Source: Woeseiaceae bacterium (GTDB lineage: Bacteria; Pseudomonadota; Gammaproteobacteria; Steroidobacterales; Woeseiaceae). From it: a DNA stretch of 64,000 bases. Positions within the stretch are counted from its first letter, which is position 1, and each line of letters opens with the position of its first letter. Of the stretch, positions 19,418 through 31,673 are shown one piece after another. Below the pieces are notes generated by a model that did no database searches, was not told where the DNA came from, and saw only the letters and a program-made list of their open reading frames with translations. Both the position numbers and the translations under genes were made by a program. The stretch covers positions 8,410 through 72,409 of the forward strand of contig JBGTLY010000030.1 in the NCBI GenBank assembly GCA_041743865.1. The letters are read 5' to 3'.

Positions 19418-19552
19418 AAGCGTTCTTTGGATCGGGGTCCGGCGCTAGGGTAGCGGATGCGTCCGGGGAGGGCTACCAGGAGTGGGTTTCAACCAATCCC
19501 TGCCCGGCGGTATCCAATCCCATACAAGCACACTGACAGGGAGACGCCTACG

Positions 19553-20278
19553 ATGTTCCTGACCCCCCGTAACCGCCCGACACTGGCAGGACTCGCCTGG
19601 CTGCTGTTGGCCGCGCCGTCCGTCGCCGGCGTCAACAAGAGCGTGACCATCGATGACGGCGCGACGTCGGATGGCGCCTCGTCAGTCAATGGCAGTGTCA
19701 CCGTCGGCGACGACGCCACGGTGTCCGGCGACCTCAGTACCGTCAACGGCAAGATTTCGATCGGCGGTCGGTCCCGGATCGAAGGCGCGCGCACGGTCAA
19801 TGGTGGCATACGTATCGGCAGCCACGTGACCGCCCGGCACCTCGAAACGGTCAACGGTTCGATCCGGATAGAAGACGAGGGTGAGGTGGAAGGCAGTGTC
19901 ACTGCGGTCAATGGCGGAATAAGGGTCGATGGCGGCAGCCGTGTCGGTGACGAGCTCTCGAACGTGAATGGCAGTATCGAACTCAATGCCGCCGAGGTCG
20001 GCGGCTCGGTCAGGACGGTAAATGGCGACATCGAGCTTGATCGCGGCACGGTCGTGAGGGGTGACCTCATCGTCGAGAAGCCTCGCAGCTCAGGGTGGTT
20101 CAATGCGGACGACAACCGTCCGCCCACGGTCATCATCGGACCCGGCAGCCGGGTCGAGGGCGTGCTGCGGCTCGAGCGGGAGGTCAGGCTGTACATTTCC
20201 GAGAGTGCCGAGGTCGGCGGTGTCGAGGGAGTAATGTCGATGACCGATGCTGTCAGATTCAGCGGCGCCCGGCCCTGA
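19553..20278 (+). CDS. secreted repeat protein, about eight 18-19-residue VNG(S/G)I repeats (predicted beta-helix, bactofilin-like periodicity)
   Basis: ORF 19457..20278 trimmed to ATG 19553, which has GGGAGA 8 nt upstream. Signal peptide LAGLAWLLLAAPSVAG, then repeats such as VNGSVTVGDDATVSGDLST, VNGKISIGGRSRIEGART, VNGGIRIGSHVTARHLET and VNGSIRIEDEGEVEGSVTA. Confidence 0.7.
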   Translation: MFLTPRNRPTLAGLAWLLLAAPSVAGVNKSVTIDDGATSDGASSVNGSVTVGDDATVSGDLSTVNGKISIGGRSRIEGARTVNGGIRIGSHVTARHLETVNGSIRIEDEGEVEGSVTAVNGGIRVDGGSRVGDELSNVNGSIELNAAEVGGSVRTVNGDIELDRGTVVRGDLIVEKPRSSGWFNADDNRPPTVIIGPGSRVEGVLRLEREVRLYISESAEVGGVEGVMSMTDAVRFSGARP

Positions 20279-20297
20279 AAATTCGTAGAATTCCGCT

Positions 20298-21056
20298 GTG
20301 CCACGCACAGCGACACAGATACCGCTCTTTACCGATAGCGAGACGCCCGACGATGCCGTGTCGGGCTTTTCGGTGCGGGTGAGCGGTCGTGCGCGGCGCC
20401 TTTCGATCAAGGTTTACCCGCGCGGCAGGGTTGAAGTCGTCGTACCGCGGCGTACCCGGCCGCGTGATGTCCAAGCCTTCGTCGAAGAGCATCGGGACTG
20501 GATCAACCATACCCGCGCATCGTTTGCGGCGATACATCCGCCGGAACCCTTTCGCCTGCCGACCCGCGTCGAATTACCCGGGATCGGGCGCGTGGTCGAG
20601 ATCAGCTATTGCCCGCGACCGGGTGCGACGAACGTCCGATACCGGTTGCGGGGTCAGCAGCTGCTGCTGACCGGCGACACCGGTGACGCCGGGATGTGTG
20701 TAAAGGCACTGAAACGCTGGCTCGCCAGCCTTGCGAAGGACGAGTTCGGGCCGCGGCTCCGGTCCCTGGCGGCCGCCACCGGCAATCCCTTCCGCCGTCT
20801 GCGTGTTGCAGGGCAGAAAACCTGCTGGGGGAGCCACTCGAGTACGGGCACCATCAGTATCAATTATTGCCTGTTGTTTCTCGACCCGGGGCTGGTCCGC
20901 TACCTCATGGTTCACGAGTTGTGCCACGCGCGGCATATGAACCACTCACGCAAATTCTGGGCCCACGTACGGCGTTTTGAGCCGGATTACCGGCGACTCG
21001 ACCGCAGGCTCGGCGAGTCCTGGCGGGATATACCGGCATGGGTGGGCATCTATTGA
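20298..21056 (+). CDS. YgjP-like (DUF45) M48-family zinc metallopeptidase
   Basis: C-terminal WGSHSSTGTISINYCLLFLDPGLVRYLMVHELCHARHMNHSRKFW. This is the DUF45 pattern with an HExxH motif. Confidence 0.8.
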   Translation: MPRTATQIPLFTDSETPDDAVSGFSVRVSGRARRLSIKVYPRGRVEVVVPRRTRPRDVQAFVEEHRDWINHTRASFAAIHPPEPFRLPTRVELPGIGRVVEISYCPRPGATNVRYRLRGQQLLLTGDTGDAGMCVKALKRWLASLAKDEFGPRLRSLAAATGNPFRRLRVAGQKTCWGSHSSTGTISINYCLLFLDPGLVRYLMVHELCHARHMNHSRKFWAHVRRFEPDYRRLDRRLGESWRDIPAWVGIY

Positions 21057-21080
21057 ATCGGCCGTGCCGGGAGCGCGTGC

Positions 21081-22097
21081 CTATCCCTGGTCGAGAAGTT
21101 CACGCAGGTTGATCACGGCGGCATTGGCGCGGGCAAGGTAATTCGCCATGACCAGCGAATGATTCGCGGTCAGCCCGAATCCGCCGCCGTTCAGAACGAT
21201 CGGCGACCGCAGTGGGGCGAGGCTCGCCTCGAGTTCGCGGATAATCTGGCGCACGCTGGCTTCGGCGTTTTTGTCCTCGAGAACGGCGGCGAAATCAAAC
21301 TGTGCCGCCCGCAGAAAGTGGACCATCGCCCAGGCGCTGCCACGTGCTTCGAAGAACACGTCATCGATCTCGAACCATGACGTTCGTACCTCGACGCTGT
21401 CGGGCTGCTCCCGCGCTGCCTGTGCGGACGGTTCCCCGGCCAGGTTTTCATTGACGCGGTCCTGCCCGACGCTGTCGCCCAGGCGTCTTGTGAGGCTCCC
21501 GAGGCGCTTTTCTACCTCCGCGAGCCACTCGCGGAAATTGTCCGCACGCGCATAGAAGCGCGCGTCCTGTTCGCCCGCCACCGGGTCACCGAGCCGTTCG
21601 CGATAACGGGACATGGCCTCGATGCCCTCGCGAAAGCGATGCTCGGTCGGCGGAAACAGCCAGGAGTCGCTTTCAGAGAAGAATTTCTCGCTGGCTATCA
21701 CGACGTCTGGATCTTCCTTTGATTGCGATTGGCTGCGGCTGTAGTCGTTCCGGATGACGCGTGAGAGGTCCTGTACCTGGGTCAGGACGCCCTGCTCCCA
21801 GTTCGGCATGTTGTCGAGGAAGAGACCTGGCGGCATCACATCGTTCGTCAGGTAGCCGCCCGGCTTGTCGAGCAGTGTCGTTGCGACGCGCACCAGCGTG
21901 TCCGTCGTGGAGTAGCCGACGACTTGCCGGTTGTTATCAACAAACTCATTCACCCAGAAGACACGTGGCGTGCGCGACCAGTAGATGCCAAGGACGGTGC
22001 AGATCAGGATCAGGACGAGCAGCACGAGGAGTGCGGGGCGCGACCACCGCAACCATCGTGAGCGCATGAGCATGCTGTCCGCCGTTCTTGCGTTCAT
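21081..22097 (-). CDS. DUF2333 family membrane-anchored protein
   Basis: N-terminal TM helix (ALLVLLVLILICTVLGIYW), then a conserved region (LLDKPGGYLTNDVMPPGLFLDNMPNWEQGVL) that I recognise as DUF2333. 9 nt downstream of acnA. Confidence 0.65.
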   Translation of the reverse strand: MNARTADSMLMRSRWLRWSRPALLVLLVLILICTVLGIYWSRTPRVFWVNEFVDNNRQVVGYSTTDTLVRVATTLLDKPGGYLTNDVMPPGLFLDNMPNWEQGVLTQVQDLSRVIRNDYSRSQSQSKEDPDVVIASEKFFSESDSWLFPPTEHRFREGIEAMSRYRERLGDPVAGEQDARFYARADNFREWLAEVEKRLGSLTRRLGDSVGQDRVNENLAGEPSAQAAREQPDSVEVRTSWFEIDDVFFEARGSAWAMVHFLRAAQFDFAAVLEDKNAEASVRQIIRELEASLAPLRSPIVLNGGGFGLTANHSLVMANYLARANAAVINLRELLDQG

Positions 22098-22106
22098 CGG
22101 GGCGAC

Positions 22107-24770
<2,664 letters not shown>

Positions 24771-24875
24771 CGTTGGGTTCTCCGTTGAGTCTCAGAGATT
24801 GTCTGGTTATTTTCCGGGGCGCAGCGATGGCCCCCGATCGGGCCGCGCATTATAGCGAAAGACGTCGCACTTCGC

Positions 24876-26024
24876 TCAGCAATTTGCCGAGGAAACGGCA
24901 TTCGGTGATGCCTGCCGAGTGAGCCATGCGCGTTCGATTGTCGCTCCACCAAGACAGCGGTCGCCGGCATAGAAAACGACAAATTGGCCGGGTGCGACGG
25001 CGCGTTGCCGCAGATCGAACGCTACTTCCAGGCTTCCGTCGCCGGATGCATGGACGACGCAAGCCTGGTCCGCTTGCCGGTACCGGACCTTGGCCGCAAG
25101 GCGGCAGCCGGAGCGGATACCTGCGGGTGGGCGGCCGAGCCAGTGAACCTGGCTCGCCATCAACCGGTCGCTCGACAGCAAGTCGGATTCGCCCTGGTCG
25201 ACGATCAGTGCATTTTCGGCGAGATCCTTGCCGACGACATACCATGGTGCCTCGGCAGCATCGGCGCGCCCGCCCACCCGAAGTCCTCGGCGCTGGCCAA
25301 GCGTGTAATACATCAGGCCGGAATGGGTACCGATGTCGCGTCCAGCGGGCGTCCGGATCGGACCCGGCCGGGCCGGGAGGTATCCCGCCAGGAACTCACG
25401 GAACGGTCGCTCGCCGATAAAACAGATACCGGTGCTGTCCTTTTTGTCGTGGACCGGAAGTCCGTGCAGGTGTGCGAGTCGCCGCACCTCCTTTTTTTCG
25501 AGGTCGCCTATGGGGAAAACGGTTTGCGCGAGCGCATCCTCGGCGACGGCGTGCAGGAAATAGCTCTGGTCTTTGCCCGGATCCGTGCCTTTCAGCAATG
25601 CGGGGCTGCCTTCGACGGTCGCGGTGCGCGCGTAGTGACCGGTAGCGAGCAACTCCCCCCCGAGGCGCCGCGCATAGTCGCGGAACTCCCCGAACTTGAT
25701 CTCCCTGTTGCACAACACATCGGGGTTGGGCGTGCGGCCGCGTTGATACTCATCGAGAAAGTAAGTGAATACGCGCTCGCGGTAGCGATCCGAAAAGTCA
25801 ACGTGATGCAAGGGTATCGCAAGTTGCTCGCAGATCCGACGCGCGTCCTGCAACTCGTCGGCCGCGGAACAGTAGCCTTCGTCGTCGTCCCAGTTCGTCA
25901 TATGGAGGGCCTGGACCTGTGCCCCGGCTTCCATGAGCCGGATGGCGGCCACGGCGGAATCGACGCCGCCGGACACGCCGAGAAAGACCTTCCTGCCTGA
26001 TACATTGTCGAGGGAATGCGCCAT
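24876..26024 (-). CDS. mnmA: tRNA 2-thiouridine(34) synthase MnmA
   Basis: PP-loop VFLGVSGGVDSAV and RGRTPNPDVLCNREIKFG (catalytic Cys). Length 382 aa. Confidence 0.95.
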   Translation of the reverse strand: MAHSLDNVSGRKVFLGVSGGVDSAVAAIRLMEAGAQVQALHMTNWDDDEGYCSAADELQDARRICEQLAIPLHHVDFSDRYRERVFTYFLDEYQRGRTPNPDVLCNREIKFGEFRDYARRLGGELLATGHYARTATVEGSPALLKGTDPGKDQSYFLHAVAEDALAQTVFPIGDLEKKEVRRLAHLHGLPVHDKKDSTGICFIGERPFREFLAGYLPARPGPIRTPAGRDIGTHSGLMYYTLGQRRGLRVGGRADAAEAPWYVVGKDLAENALIVDQGESDLLSSDRLMASQVHWLGRPPAGIRSGCRLAAKVRYRQADQACVVHASGDGSLEVAFDLRQRAVAPGQFVVFYAGDRCLGGATIERAWLTRQASPNAVSSANC

Positions 26025-26076
26025 GAGGCGCTCATTGTAGCGCGCTTCTCTCCCGCGCCACGGACGAACGGGCGGC

Positions 26077-26568
26077 CTAGATGAGGTCGGCCCTCGCCAT
26101 CACGCGGTCGACGTGACGCGACAGCGGCAACATGCCCGAGAGCAGCGTATCCGATTCGCGGCGTCCCGCTTCGAAATCCTCCAGGCATCGGAGGACTGCT
26201 GGCGAGCGCAAGGACCGTGCCCGCCTCTCGATGTCTGCCCGTGTCAGCCAGTGTCGTGCGACGATCGGCGCGTCAAGCGTTTGCTGTTCATCACAGCCAA
26301 TGAGCGTGGCGGCATAGGCGAGCCGGAGGTACTGCTGGCGAGTCTGCGGGTGGATCCAGAGGTACACACCGATCAGGTCGTCTGAGCGAACGGTGCAGCC
26401 GGTTTCCTCCTGCACTTCGCGAATCAGCGCCTGTTCCGGTGACTCCCCAGCCTCGATATGGCCGCCGGGCTGGTTGAATACGATGCGCCCGGTGGCCATT
26501 TCCTCGACCATGAGATAGAGGCCCTCATGGAAGACGACGGCGGACACTGTCAGGTCTGTTGCCTGCAC
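26077..26568 (-). CDS. nudJ: NUDIX hydrolase, NudJ-like
   Basis: Nudix box GGHIEAGESPEQALIREVQEETG. Collinear with E. coli NudJ as I recall it. Adjacent to mnmA, as in E. coli. Confidence 0.78.
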   Translation of the reverse strand: MQATDLTVSAVVFHEGLYLMVEEMATGRIVFNQPGGHIEAGESPEQALIREVQEETGCTVRSDDLIGVYLWIHPQTRQQYLRLAYAATLIGCDEQQTLDAPIVARHWLTRADIERRARSLRSPAVLRCLEDFEAGRRESDTLLSGMLPLSRHVDRVMARADLI

Positions 26569-26573
26569 GTCGG

Positions 26574-27071
26574 CTATATGCCCATCTGCCGGAATTCCAT
26601 TTCGACTTCGCTGGCGAGCCAGATTTCGTCGAACATCTTGCCGTACAATTTTGCGACCGACGGTTCGTCGATGTCCACGATCCCTTCCCAGCGGTTCGCC
26701 TGCAAGCGATAGACCAGCGCTTTTTCATCGGCGATGGAGAACGACTCCGCATGCGTACGCAGGTCCTCACGGACGTGGCGGAACTCGATATAGGTGTTCA
26801 GTCGCCGGCCCAGGTGTACGAAGTTATTGCCATTCTTGATTGCGCGGGTCGGGTCTGCAATGAGGACACGGATCCGTGCGTAAGTCTGAGAGAGAACGAG
26901 TCGCTTGATGACCTCGAGAAAATCCGCGTCATCGTAAATCCCGGGTTCGAGATCGTGAGTGAAGATTGAGACGCGACGTTTGGCTTCCCGGGCAACGGCA
27001 ATGGCTGCTTCACGCATCTCGTCGCGGGTCGAGATTACCCAGCGTTTGCTGTCTGTGCGTGCCTCGCTCAT
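26574..27071 (-). CDS. conserved hypothetical protein (165 aa), no confident family assignment
   Basis: Clean ORF 5 nt upstream of nudJ, same strand, coding-like GC3. No signal peptide or TM segment. Weak resemblance to a PLD-like fold without an HxK motif (my inference only). Confidence 0.6.
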   Translation of the reverse strand: MSEARTDSKRWVISTRDEMREAAIAVAREAKRRVSIFTHDLEPGIYDDADFLEVIKRLVLSQTYARIRVLIADPTRAIKNGNNFVHLGRRLNTYIEFRHVREDLRTHAESFSIADEKALVYRLQANRWEGIVDIDEPSVAKLYGKMFDEIWLASEVEMEFRQMGI

Positions 27072-27279
27072 GCGGATAACGGTCCGTTTTCTCGTTTGTT
27101 CGGGTCGCGCCCATGGGCCGAATCGGGAGGACCATCTTAACGGCCGGGGTACTTGCCCGGTGCGGACTGTGTCACGTTTTGGCGGGGCCGCGACGCCTGA
27201 TAATGGTTCGCATCCCGCTTTTCGCTTTCACAGTAACCCTGCCGCGCCCTGTCAACCCCGACATTGTGCTTCACATATG

Positions 27280-27298
27280 GTAACAGGGGAACTGTTAC
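27280..27298 (-). terminator. short hairpin just downstream of the purB stop (GTAACAG-5 nt-CTGTTAC); possible weak terminator or processing site
   Basis: 7-bp perfect stem at 27280..27286 / 27292..27298, 12 nt beyond the purB stop. No U-run follows on the minus strand. Confidence 0.25.
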
Positions 27299-27309
27299 AG
27301 CGGGAACAG

Positions 27310-28677
27310 TCAAGGGCCGCGAGCGAGTTCTTCTGCGAGCCCGGTGTAGGTTTCCGGGCGCAAGGCGAGCAAACGCTCCCGCGCGTCGGCGGGTATGTCC
27401 AGCGTCTGGATAAAGTCGGCGAGCGTGGCCTGATCGACAGCATGGCCGCGGGTCAGGCTCTTGAGCTTTTCGTAAGGCTCCGGGATGCCGTAGCGGCGCA
27501 TCACGGTCTGGATGGCCTCGGCCAGTACTTCCCAGGCGGTCGCGGCATCCGCTGCGATCGCCGCTTCGTCGAGTTCGAGCTTGCCGAGCCCCTTCTGCAA
27601 CGATTCGGTCGCGATCAGCGTGTAGGCGATCGCGACGCCGAGGTTTCGTTGTACCGTCGAGTCCGTGAGGTCACGCTGCCAACGTGAGAGCGGCAACTTT
27701 TCGGCAAAATGCGCCAGCAATGCCGTCGCCATGCCGAGGTTGCCCTCGGCATTCTCGAAATCGATGGGATTGACCTTGTGCGGCATGGTGGACGAGCCGA
27801 CCTCGTCCCGCGCCACCTTTTGCCGGAAATATCCCAGTGATATGTAACCCCACAGGTCCCGGCACAGGTCGATCAGAATAGTGTTGTACCGCAGGAGCGC
27901 ATGGCAATACGCAGCCGTCCAGTCATGGGGTTCGATCTGGGTTGTGTGGGCGTTCTGCTCGATCCCGAGTGACTCGATGAAGCGCCGGCTGACGCTCAAC
28001 CAGTCCACCTCCGGATAAGCGATAACGTGTGCGTTGAAGTTTCCGACGGCGCCATTGAATTTGCCGAGTATGACGACGTCGGCGAACGCCTTTTCTGCGG
28101 CCAACAGGCGCTTTTCGACGTTGGCGAATTCCTTGCCGACAGTCGTCGGACTCGCCGTCTGGCCGTGTGTGCGCGACAACATCGCGACTGATGCATGCTC
28201 GCGGGCAAGCGCGGCAAGCCGCCCTGCAAGGCCGCGCATCCTCGGCAACAGTACCTCCTTGCGCGCCGCCCGTAGCATCAGAGCATAGGACAGGTTGTTG
28301 ATGTCTTCCGACGTGCAACCGAAGTGCAGGAAGTCCTTGAAGTTCGATGTTTCCGGCCCGTTCCCGAGTCTTTCACGAATGAAATACTCGATGGCCTTGA
28401 CGTCATGGTTGATTTTCTTCTCGATTTCCTTGACGCGTTCGGCGTCGTCCAGCGAAAAGTCATCCACGATGTGGTTCAGAACGTCCTTCATCACCGACGA
28501 GGGCGGCGCAAGTTCGTCGATCGAAGACTCGTCGGCAAGCATCTGCAACCAGCGCACCTCGACCAGCACGCGGTAACGGATCAGGCCGTATTCGCTGAAG
28601 ATGTCGCGAAGGGGGGCGACCTTGTCCGCGTAACGGCCGTCGGCTGGCGAAATTGCTCTCAGCGTCGAGACTTTCAT
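27310..28677 (-). CDS. purB: adenylosuccinate lyase
   Basis: ORF 27310..28761 trimmed to ATG 28677 (MKVSTLRAISPADGRYADKV, canonical PurB start). Signature SSTMPHKVNPIDFENAEGN. Confidence 0.95.
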   Translation of the reverse strand: MKVSTLRAISPADGRYADKVAPLRDIFSEYGLIRYRVLVEVRWLQMLADESSIDELAPPSSVMKDVLNHIVDDFSLDDAERVKEIEKKINHDVKAIEYFIRERLGNGPETSNFKDFLHFGCTSEDINNLSYALMLRAARKEVLLPRMRGLAGRLAALAREHASVAMLSRTHGQTASPTTVGKEFANVEKRLLAAEKAFADVVILGKFNGAVGNFNAHVIAYPEVDWLSVSRRFIESLGIEQNAHTTQIEPHDWTAAYCHALLRYNTILIDLCRDLWGYISLGYFRQKVARDEVGSSTMPHKVNPIDFENAEGNLGMATALLAHFAEKLPLSRWQRDLTDSTVQRNLGVAIAYTLIATESLQKGLGKLELDEAAIAADAATAWEVLAEAIQTVMRRYGIPEPYEKLKSLTRGHAVDQATLADFIQTLDIPADARERLLALRPETYTGLAEELARGP

Positions 28678-28760
28678 AGCCGGAAACCAGTGTAGACTTG
28701 CGCGCGCAAAGCGCGAATCATACACGATTGCGGCGTAGACGAGACGAGGATATCGACGCA

Positions 28761-30149
28761 ATGAACGACAGAAAGTACCGCACCGAGAAGGACAGTATGG
28801 GTGAACTCAAGGTCCCGGAAGACGCCCTTTGGGGCGCCCAGACGCAACGGGCGGTCGAGAACTTTCCGATCAGCGGATTGCGGATGCCGAGGCCTTTTAT
28901 CGCGGCGCTCGGACTAGTGAAGTGGGCTGCTGCGGGGGCCAACGCCGAGCTCGGGCTGTTGCCGAGTACGATCGCGATCGCAATCCAGAAGGCGGCTTTG
29001 GCGGTAGCTGCCGGCGACCACGATGCCGAATTCCCCATCGATGTCTTCCAGACGGGCTCCGGAACGAGCTCGAACATGAATGCCAACGAGGTAATTGCCC
29101 GCATAGCGACTCAGTCGCTCGGCAGCACCGTGCACCCGAACGATCATGTGAACATGTGTCAGAGCAGCAACGACGTAATCCCGACCTGCGTACATGTAAG
29201 CGCCGCGATTGCTGTGCACGACCGGCTCCTGCCGGCACTCGCCCACCTGGCGGCGGCGCTGGCGTCGAAATCCGAAGAGTTCGGAAATGTGGTCAAGACC
29301 GGCAGGACGCACTTGATGGATGCGATGCCCTTGACGCTCGGCCAGGAACTCGACGGCTGGCGCGCGCAGATCGAACACGCCGCGGAACGCATGCGCGATA
29401 CACAAAAGCGCCTTACGCAAATTGCACAGGGCGGCACCGCGGTCGGCACGGGGATCAATGCGCATCGCAAGTTCGGCGAAAAAGTAGCCGTGCTGCTCAA
29501 AGAGAAGACCGGGTTATCCTTTACGCCCGCGTCATCGAAGTTCGAAGCGCTGGCCAGCCAGGACGCAGCCGTAGAGGCATCGGGACAACTCCGTGTCCTC
29601 GCCATCGCCCTCACCAAGATCGCAAACGATCTTCGATGGATGAACTCGGGACCGCTTGCCGGTATCGGCGAGATCGAACTGCCGGCCCTGCAGCCAGGCT
29701 CCAGCATCATGCCCGGCAAGGTGAATCCCGTAATTCCCGAAGCAGTCGCCATGGTCGGCGCGCATGTCGTGGGTAACGATGCCTGCATCGCGATGGCCGG
29801 GGCGTCCGGCAACTTCCAGCTCAACGTCATGTTGCCGGTCATCGCGTACAACCTTTTGCAAAGCATTGAGCTCCTGGCGAATGCTTCGACGGCCCTTGCG
29901 GACAAAGCGATTGCCGGGTTCCGGGTGAACCTCGAGAACATCAATCGTGCGCTGGACAGGAACCCGATCCTGGTCACCGCACTGAACCCTGTCATCGGTT
30001 ACGAACTCGGCGCTTCCATCGCGAAGCGCGCTTACAAGGAAGGCCGGCCGGTCAAGGCGGTCGCTCGCGAGATGACCGACCTTACGGACGCGGAGCTCGA
30101 CCGGCTGCTGGATCCTTCCGCGCTGACCGAAGGCGGCATTCAGCACTAG
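28761..30149 (+). CDS. fumC: class II fumarate hydratase
   Basis: ORF 28698..30149 trimmed to ATG 28761 (MNDRKYRTEKDSMGELKVPEDALWGAQTQRA). Signature GSSIMPGKVNP. Confidence 0.95.
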   Translation: MNDRKYRTEKDSMGELKVPEDALWGAQTQRAVENFPISGLRMPRPFIAALGLVKWAAAGANAELGLLPSTIAIAIQKAALAVAAGDHDAEFPIDVFQTGSGTSSNMNANEVIARIATQSLGSTVHPNDHVNMCQSSNDVIPTCVHVSAAIAVHDRLLPALAHLAAALASKSEEFGNVVKTGRTHLMDAMPLTLGQELDGWRAQIEHAAERMRDTQKRLTQIAQGGTAVGTGINAHRKFGEKVAVLLKEKTGLSFTPASSKFEALASQDAAVEASGQLRVLAIALTKIANDLRWMNSGPLAGIGEIELPALQPGSSIMPGKVNPVIPEAVAMVGAHVVGNDACIAMAGASGNFQLNVMLPVIAYNLLQSIELLANASTALADKAIAGFRVNLENINRALDRNPILVTALNPVIGYELGASIAKRAYKEGRPVKAVAREMTDLTDAELDRLLDPSALTEGGIQH

Positions 30150-30154
30150 GACCG

Positions 30155-30787
30155 ATGGCATTACACCGACAAGCGACGCTGGAACTGCTCAAAGACCGGC
30201 TGGTGGATACGCGACTGCGGGCCGACCCCCGGGATGTTGTCCTGCCGCCGGGCAGCGAACGCTGGCCCGAGGATGTTCGCGCAAGTCTCGTCGCCTCGCT
30301 CCGGCCGGCCGGTGTGCTGATCCCGGTCATAGAGCGCAGGTCGGGACTGGTGGTGCTGCTGACGCAGCGATCGGCGGCGCTCAAGCACCACGCGAGCCAG
30401 ATCGCATTTCCGGGCGGCGGCATGGAGTCGGGCGACCGGTCAATCGCCGACACCGCACTGCGCGAGACACACGAAGAAGTCGGGATCCGGCCGGACGAGA
30501 TCGCCGTGCTCGGCTTTCTGGACGCCATGCCCACGATGACCGGTTATGCGGTAACGCCTGTCGTTGGCAGCGTGGCACCGTCGGCCAGGATCGAAGTAGA
30601 CCCCGCCGAGGTTGAGTACGCTTTCGAGGTGCCACTCGATTTCCTGCTCGACAAGGCCAATGCGCTCGCTTCCGAACGCGATTTCCAGGGCCGAAAACTG
30701 CCGATCATCGAGTATCGATACCGGGAGCACCGCATCTGGGGCGCAACGGCGCACATCCTTCTAAAGCTAAGAGACATACTTGAATAA
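30155..30787 (+). CDS. CoA pyrophosphatase (NUDIX, NudL-like)
   Basis: LLTQRSAALKHHASQIAFPGGGMESGD upstream motif plus Nudix box ALRETHEEVGI. This pattern is typical of CoA pyrophosphatases. Confidence 0.8.
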   Translation: MALHRQATLELLKDRLVDTRLRADPRDVVLPPGSERWPEDVRASLVASLRPAGVLIPVIERRSGLVVLLTQRSAALKHHASQIAFPGGGMESGDRSIADTALRETHEEVGIRPDEIAVLGFLDAMPTMTGYAVTPVVGSVAPSARIEVDPAEVEYAFEVPLDFLLDKANALASERDFQGRKLPIIEYRYREHRIWGATAHILLKLRDILE

Positions 30788-31586
30788 TCAATCATCTAAA
30801 GACAACATCAATAAATTACTCGAAGTCATGGAACGCCTGCGAGACAAGGATGCCGGCTGCCCCTGGGACCTCGAACAGGACTTCAGGTCCATCGCCCCGT
30901 ATACCATCGAGGAAGCCTACGAGGTCGCCGACGCGATTCGTCGTGACGACATGCCGGGCCTCTGCGACGAACTGGGCGACCTGTTGTTTCAGGTCGTTTT
31001 TCATGCGCAGATGGCGGCCGAAGCCGGGCTGTTCGACTTTAACGACGTGGCGGGCGTAATTACCGACAAGATGACCCGGCGACATCCCCACGTATTCGGC
31101 AGCGCTGCGGAAGTTGCGGCTGGCGCGATAGTCGGGAGCTGGGAGGCCATCAAGGCCGGCGAGCGGAGCGGGCGCGACGATGGCAGCGCATTGGCGGGTG
31201 TGGCACTGGCGCTTCCCGCGCTGAAACGGTCGGAGAAGCTCGGCCGGCGCGCGGCCGCCGTGGGCTTCGACTGGGAGAGCCGCGCGGGCGTTCGCGAGAA
31301 GATCAATGAAGAGCTTGAGGAACTGTCGGAAGCTGCCGGCAGCCGTGACCAGGCGCATGTCGAGGAAGAATTGGGTGATCTCCTGTTCACGATCGTCAAC
31401 CTCGCACGGCACCTGGACGTCGACCCGGAAGCGGCGCTCGTGGCGGCCAATACGAAGTTCGAGCGTCGCTTCCGTGCGATGGAAGATGCCACACAGTCGG
31501 CCGGGCAGCGCCTGAAGGACCTGCCCGCGGCCGACCTCGAGCGCGCATGGCGCAACGCGAAACGACGTCTCGCCGGATCCTCCTGA
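30780..31586 (+). CDS. mazG: nucleoside triphosphate pyrophosphohydrolase MazG
   Basis: INKLLEVMERLRDKDAGCPWDLEQDF matches the MazG N-terminus. Two tandem MazG domains, each with EExxE motifs (EEAYEVADAI, EELEELSEA). Confidence 0.9.
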   Translation: MNNQSSKDNINKLLEVMERLRDKDAGCPWDLEQDFRSIAPYTIEEAYEVADAIRRDDMPGLCDELGDLLFQVVFHAQMAAEAGLFDFNDVAGVITDKMTRRHPHVFGSAAEVAAGAIVGSWEAIKAGERSGRDDGSALAGVALALPALKRSEKLGRRAAAVGFDWESRAGVREKINEELEELSEAAGSRDQAHVEEELGDLLFTIVNLARHLDVDPEAALVAANTKFERRFRAMEDATQSAGQRLKDLPAADLERAWRNAKRRLAGSS

Positions 31587-31673
31587 GCCGTTCAGCCGGG
31601 ATTCAGTGGTCGCGGCCTAGTCTTGGCCCCAGGCTGGCAACGGGGCCGGCCGCAACAAGGGATGGCCAGGACA

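Noticed and set aside
19489-20316. 275-aa minus-strand ORF opposite the VNG-repeat protein
   Set aside because: It is a mirror frame of the repeat gene. It lacks a start context and a signal peptide. The plus-strand frame has a Shine-Dalgarno element, a signal peptide and a regular repeat.
24984-26000. 338-aa plus-strand ORF opposite mnmA
   Set aside because: It is antisense to mnmA, which has its PP-loop and catalytic motifs intact.
27109-27118. 10-bp palindrome GCCCATGGGC resembling the core of the REP-like arm
   Set aside because: It is too short and lacks the flanking CTGTAGGAGC / CGCGA parts. It is likely a chance NcoI-type palindrome and is mentioned only as a possible echo.
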